Both the position numbers and the translations under genes were made by a program. A DNA stretch of 64,000 nt from Oikopleura dioica. Its lineage: Eukaryota > Animalia > Chordata. Of the stretch, positions 59,406 through 64,000 are shown piece after piece; within the stretch, counting starts at the first letter, position 1, and each line of letters opens with the position of its first letter. The stretch lies in contig OU015568.1 of assembly GCA_907165135.1 (NCBI GenBank), forward strand, positions 9,052,001 to 9,116,000, given 5' to 3'. The notes beneath the pieces are model-generated. The model had not been told where the DNA came from. It made no database searches and worked only from the letters and a program-made list of their open reading frames with translations.

Positions 59406-62400
59406 ATGACCGAGGATTTGGTGGAGCCGACGCCTCCGCCGCGGAGCAAAAGCGAAAAAAGAAAGAAAGGATCCAAGGAGATTTTAACGAGCCCAACCGA
59501 TGCACAGCAATTTATCGAAAACCTCGTCAACCAGGTAATTTCTTGATTTTGTAGCACTTTTTATTGCGCCGGTGTGAAATTTTTTAAAACTCTAATTGCC
59601 CAGTTATTGATCTGTTAAAATTTAGGGTGGGTTCATTTACAAACTTTTACTCGGGATATTATGTTTTTACGTCCCCATTTCGCTGTACTAGAGGCTACAG
59701 AAATAAGGTGGGAAAACTCCGAGAGCCCCCTATTGAGACCTTTATTTACCAGTTCATTGAGGATCCATCAACCAGAACAGGATCTCCTTCTGATGCTCCT
59801 ACTTATCTGTAATGAGCAAAAACATGTGTATCACCCATTCGCTGGCGCGCTGCCCGCATTTGTCCATATTGTAATTAAACTCGTACAAGCGCTAAACTAT
59901 ATCTGGATTGGCAGCGGGAGCTTCTGATTATGAATATTCAATGCATTTTTATATTAAAATTTTAATTTTTAAACCAGCACCCCCGTAATGGGGGCATTTC
60001 TGGCTCAATGTCAAGAGGGAGAGGATTCTTTAGGGATTAATTCATGCAAGAGGTACTTGGATTCAATCGATCTCTTACAGGACTTCTCCGATTTCTAAGA
60101 AATGGCTCTTGAAATCATGAGTTCCGTTGTATACCCAGATTGAGCGTAAACCAAACAGAACTCGCGTAATTCTAACTTTCACTTCAACTAGAAAGCATTC
60201 TAGCTTTTTTGGCACGATTTCAAGCACCACTTAGTCAAGGCCCGTGTTTACGCAAGCCCCTTCGCTGCCATCCCTTTTCCTGAAAATCTGACCCAAGTAC
60301 TTTCGCGCGTGACCTCAAATTCCAACTTAATCCGGAATGATCTGAAGTGCGCTGAATGTAGCTTCTACAGTAGTGGTGTTGCATATTGCGCTGACATTTC
60401 CCACCACGGTGGCACCTCGTGCACTCTGGGTCTTTTCTTGGACAGCTGCCAAGCAAGCGGAAAGAATTAATTCTCATTTTTAGCTACCGCAGACTATGAA
60501 TACATTTAGAAGGGGTAACCTTTTTGATTTTGACCTTTTTGGAACAAATGGGAACATCTTAATTAACCATCAAATCTCTCAATTCTCCTCCGTGTCCTCG
60601 GTTAATAAATCTTTCTTAGTCATTCCCCTCTGTTCTTCTCGACGATGTAGAAACCGATGACGACGACGATTGCTGCTCTTCAAATACTTCTTCGACGAAG
60701 AAAGCTCCTTCTAGCATTGATCGATCTTCAAAGCCAGATCTCGTCCCTGAAAATGAAACGATGCCTAATCTTGCTCCCAGTCCACTTAGAAATTCGCCTG
60801 CGCCAATGTCAGTTTCTTCATCTTCAGTTTCGCCGCAAAAGGCCGTAAAGCCCAAGATCAAATCGTTGCTAGAAGCGATTCGAAAGCCCAAAGGTTTGTA
60901 GAACAAAAATGAGCGTGAAAATTAGCGGACAGTGTGAATAGTTGATGACTAAAATATCTTGTTGAACAGGCTGCTATTTTAAGTCTTGCACGTGCGGTCG
61001 TTGTATAGAATTTAACTCCTACTATTCACTTCTGATTCACGGGCGGTTAATCCTTCTGCTCCTTCTTCAAGATTCTGGTTTAGAATTACAATTATCGGAT
61101 CACTACCGCGACACGATATGCATCCGCTCACCCCGCCGCGCTCCCAATCTCTCCGCTACCGCCCCAAAGGTCAACAACGTTCTCTCCGGCGAGGCGCTAT
61201 CTTCGCAAGCGAGCAGCCAACTGATAGAGTCTATCCTTATCGGTGGCGGGAAGATCACCACTTGGCGCGCCGGTGGGAAAATTCGATGCTGGTCTAGAAT
61301 GAAATTCTTCAATCGCATCAAGGCGGTGGCGAGACAGATCCAAGAATCGCTCCAGATTGCTGCGGGAAAAACTGTGGCACTCTCCTTTCCTCACGTCGAT
61401 CTCGACTTTGTCACGGCTTTCTTTGGTTGCCTGATGGCTGGTGTGAACGTAATCAGTGTCGCCCAGCCCGATCACTGTACAAAAGGCGAGATGCTTCAAT
61501 TTAAAAGTCTCGATGTTCAATGTGTCTTTACCACGCCCCTTCTTGCCAAGAATTCCGGGAAGAAAGACGAAGGGAAACGCTTCAGTCTTTGGAATTCGAT
61601 CAAAGTAACGGTTCCTTCCAAAACGCTACCTCCAGCAAAATGGCGGGTCGAGCCCTCCCGCGTTTCCAGCGGCAAATTATTGATGTTCCGGAGTTCTGGT
61701 GGTCAAATAACAACAATTACAACCACTCAAGAGTCCTTATCGATTCAACTTGGCCTTATGGCTCAAGCAACTGGATTGAGTTCTAGCTCGCGTATCTTGT
61801 CGCTAGAATCGCACTCGAATCAATTCCTCATCTCCGGTGTTTTACTACCTCTGTTCGTTGGAAGTGAACTGTTCATACTTCCACCCGAGCTGGCCAAGCA
61901 AAGTCCAGAAGTATGGTGCCGCATCGCGGATCGCCACGGCATCAGTGACATTTTCTGCCGCGCGCGTGAGTTCTCCTGGGCGAGTGCAACAGACTTGGCA
62001 TTCACATGCGATCTGGCGAATTTGAAGGCTATCAATTTGATCGATGGCCGCCACCCGACGTGTCTTAATTACGCCGTCAGCGCGTGTTATAAAATCAGAC
62101 GCAGAATAGCGATTGAGCCGGAAGCGCTCTTTGGAATCGTTTGGTCCGATACAGCTGGATTTCTAGGAAGGATTAAGTCTGCTAATCCGACCAATAGCGG
62201 CTTTAGTTCAACAGCTTTGTTGGTGGATCGCCTCATGCTGCAATCAGGACTTATTGAGCTACATCTTGAACCGAGCCCGAAATGCATTCTCTTCCCTGGC
62301 TATTTAGACATCTCTCCTGAGCTACAACTGATCTGCGCAAAGATGGAGAAAAAAGACGACGAAAAGAAAGTCGTCCCTTGCTTCGATCGAGACACTGGAA

Positions 62401-64000
62401 AAATCTGGGTTCGTTCAGATGCGCTGAAGGAAAAGCATTTAGCTAACTTGCCAACTTTGTCGGATAACGTTTTCAATATGAGCATAACTGGTGTGCCAGG
62501 AACTTGGGTAGATACAGGCCTGATTGGAGCGCAACTTGATGACAAGGTTTTCATCATTTCGAGCGCGGAAGAGCACTTTCCGGTGGCAGCAGCAGATATT
62601 GATGCAAACTCAAACATTTCCATTTTGCCAATTCAGTGGGATCTACTTGCTACAATCATCACAGCTGATAAGAGCGCCATGATCTTCCGTCAGCGCTGTC
62701 ACGTTTACACGGTTAGAATCGCTAGCTCTTACAAACTTGTTGTTTCCGCCGAGTTGAGTTCTGACTCATTCAGCGACGAGCAAATCTCTGGTCTTGTCGA
62801 TTCAGTTGTTGATGGATTGGTGCAGTTACATGGTATCAGTCCTTATTCCATTTCTCTTCACGCTCCTTTCTCTCTTCCTCAAAATCCAGATGGCACACTT
62901 GACTATTCGTTGATTGAGTCGAAATATTCATCTGGCGATTTGGAGAGTATTTATTGCCTTTCTTTGCCTTGGCGAACGCTAGAAACATCTTTACCAAGCT
63001 CGATCGCGCCTGGATGCGTTGTTGGTGCTGCTGGTATGGTCTGTGGTGCGGTCATTTCAGGAACTGAACTCAGCTACGCTTCTGGACGCATTCTTCAGGA
63101 AAAGACTGGCCAGATGGAGACACTTGCTCAACGATTGGCGTCCAGAGTGAAGCAGAACTCCGACATGCCTGACGAACATCCATTGATAGACGTTTTTGGA
63201 TCGAAGGAGTTCTCGAAGCCCTTTGAAAAAGGAACACGACCGAAGGGACTGCGATTGACAGCTCCAGAACTCCACAAGATGTCAACAAGAATATCTATCA
63301 TTTTGGGAAAGCATGAAGTAGCACATGGTGACCTGGTTCTTGTCGCTTACAATTGTCCGATAAGACTTCTCTGTGCGATATACGGCTGTTGGTATCGTGG
63401 AGCTGTACCTGTTCCAGTCCGCGCAGGTTCTGATCATTTGGGAACTTTCAAAGTTATTGCCGAAGAATCCAAAGCAAGCTTTGCTATGGTTGCTTCTAAG
63501 AAGCTCTACGCACAAGTAACTGAAGCCATTCCGCATCTTCATGTTGTTGAAATCGAAAATCCAAGTAAAATGGACTCCATGACGAATACATCTCTGGCGA
63601 GAATACCGTACTGTCCACCAACACTGGAGCTTCAGTGCTTGCTTGACTTTACAGTGACTCCAGTTGGCTCTCTTGTCGGGCGGCAGTTCACTTGGAAGAA
63701 TTTGCTTAGATTATCGCAAAGTTTGAAAGATCAGACAGAAGTGTACCCAGGCCGCGAGTTGGATTTAGCCGTAGATCCTATGCAAGGATTCGGTTTGTTC
63801 ACTCTCATCTCTCTTCCAGTTCATTCCGGGTGCAGTCTGGTCTGGCACAAGGTTGCGGAAATAGAGAAGAATCTCCCCGAATGGATCAAAAATACCATTC
63901 CTCATGCAAGAGATGTTTTCATTGGCGCCGCTTTTGCTAAGAAGATTCAGTGGGTTCAGCAGAAGAGCATCGCCACCGCAAAACTGACGAATGTCAGAAG
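59406..64000 (+). CDS. DIP2: Disco-interacting protein 2-like (tandem AMP-binding/FAAL-like domains), 3' partial, 5' end uncertain
   Basis: VKPKIKSLLEAIRKPK; GKTVALSFPHVDLDFVTAFFGCLMAG; WVDTGLIG; second domain HGDLVLVAYNCPIRLLCAIYGCWYRGAVPVPVR; the frame from ~61072 appears open to the window end. Confidence 0.75.

Overview
Eukaryotic genomic DNA from a very compact animal genome, most likely the larvacean tunicate Oikopleura dioica. This is inferred from ~45-50 nt introns, GA-AG/GC-AG introns, and closely packed co-directional genes with an AG acceptor just before the ATG (operon/trans-splicing pattern). About 19 protein-coding genes: ATG16L1, cyclin L, RALGPS, an astacin-LDLa-EGF protease, a ZIP transporter, a Cys-rich/kelch secreted protein, two zinc-finger genes, SH2D4-like with a nested ferritin, SETDB-like, ISOC, RNF10, EXOC6, MCM10, a WD40 protein, a stand-alone M41 peptidase with a nested SLC25 carrier, and DIP2 (partial). 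There is also one tRNA-Pro(AGG) and several non-autonomous inverted-repeat elements. The top signal is a 3,130-bp foldback element with hairpin-unit tandem arrays, inserted in a cyclin L coding exon with a 3-bp TSD. It shares its 17-bp terminus and 3-bp TSD habit with an otherwise unrelated 623-bp palindromic element, and the terminus carries latent in-frame splice signals. Other highlights are a ZIP lacking its metal ligands, a SETDB-like SET domain with NHSC changed to NGCC, a secreted H-type ferritin and an AAA-less FtsH-type protease. Gene identities come from recalled family motifs and exon models were built by eye; no database search was run.
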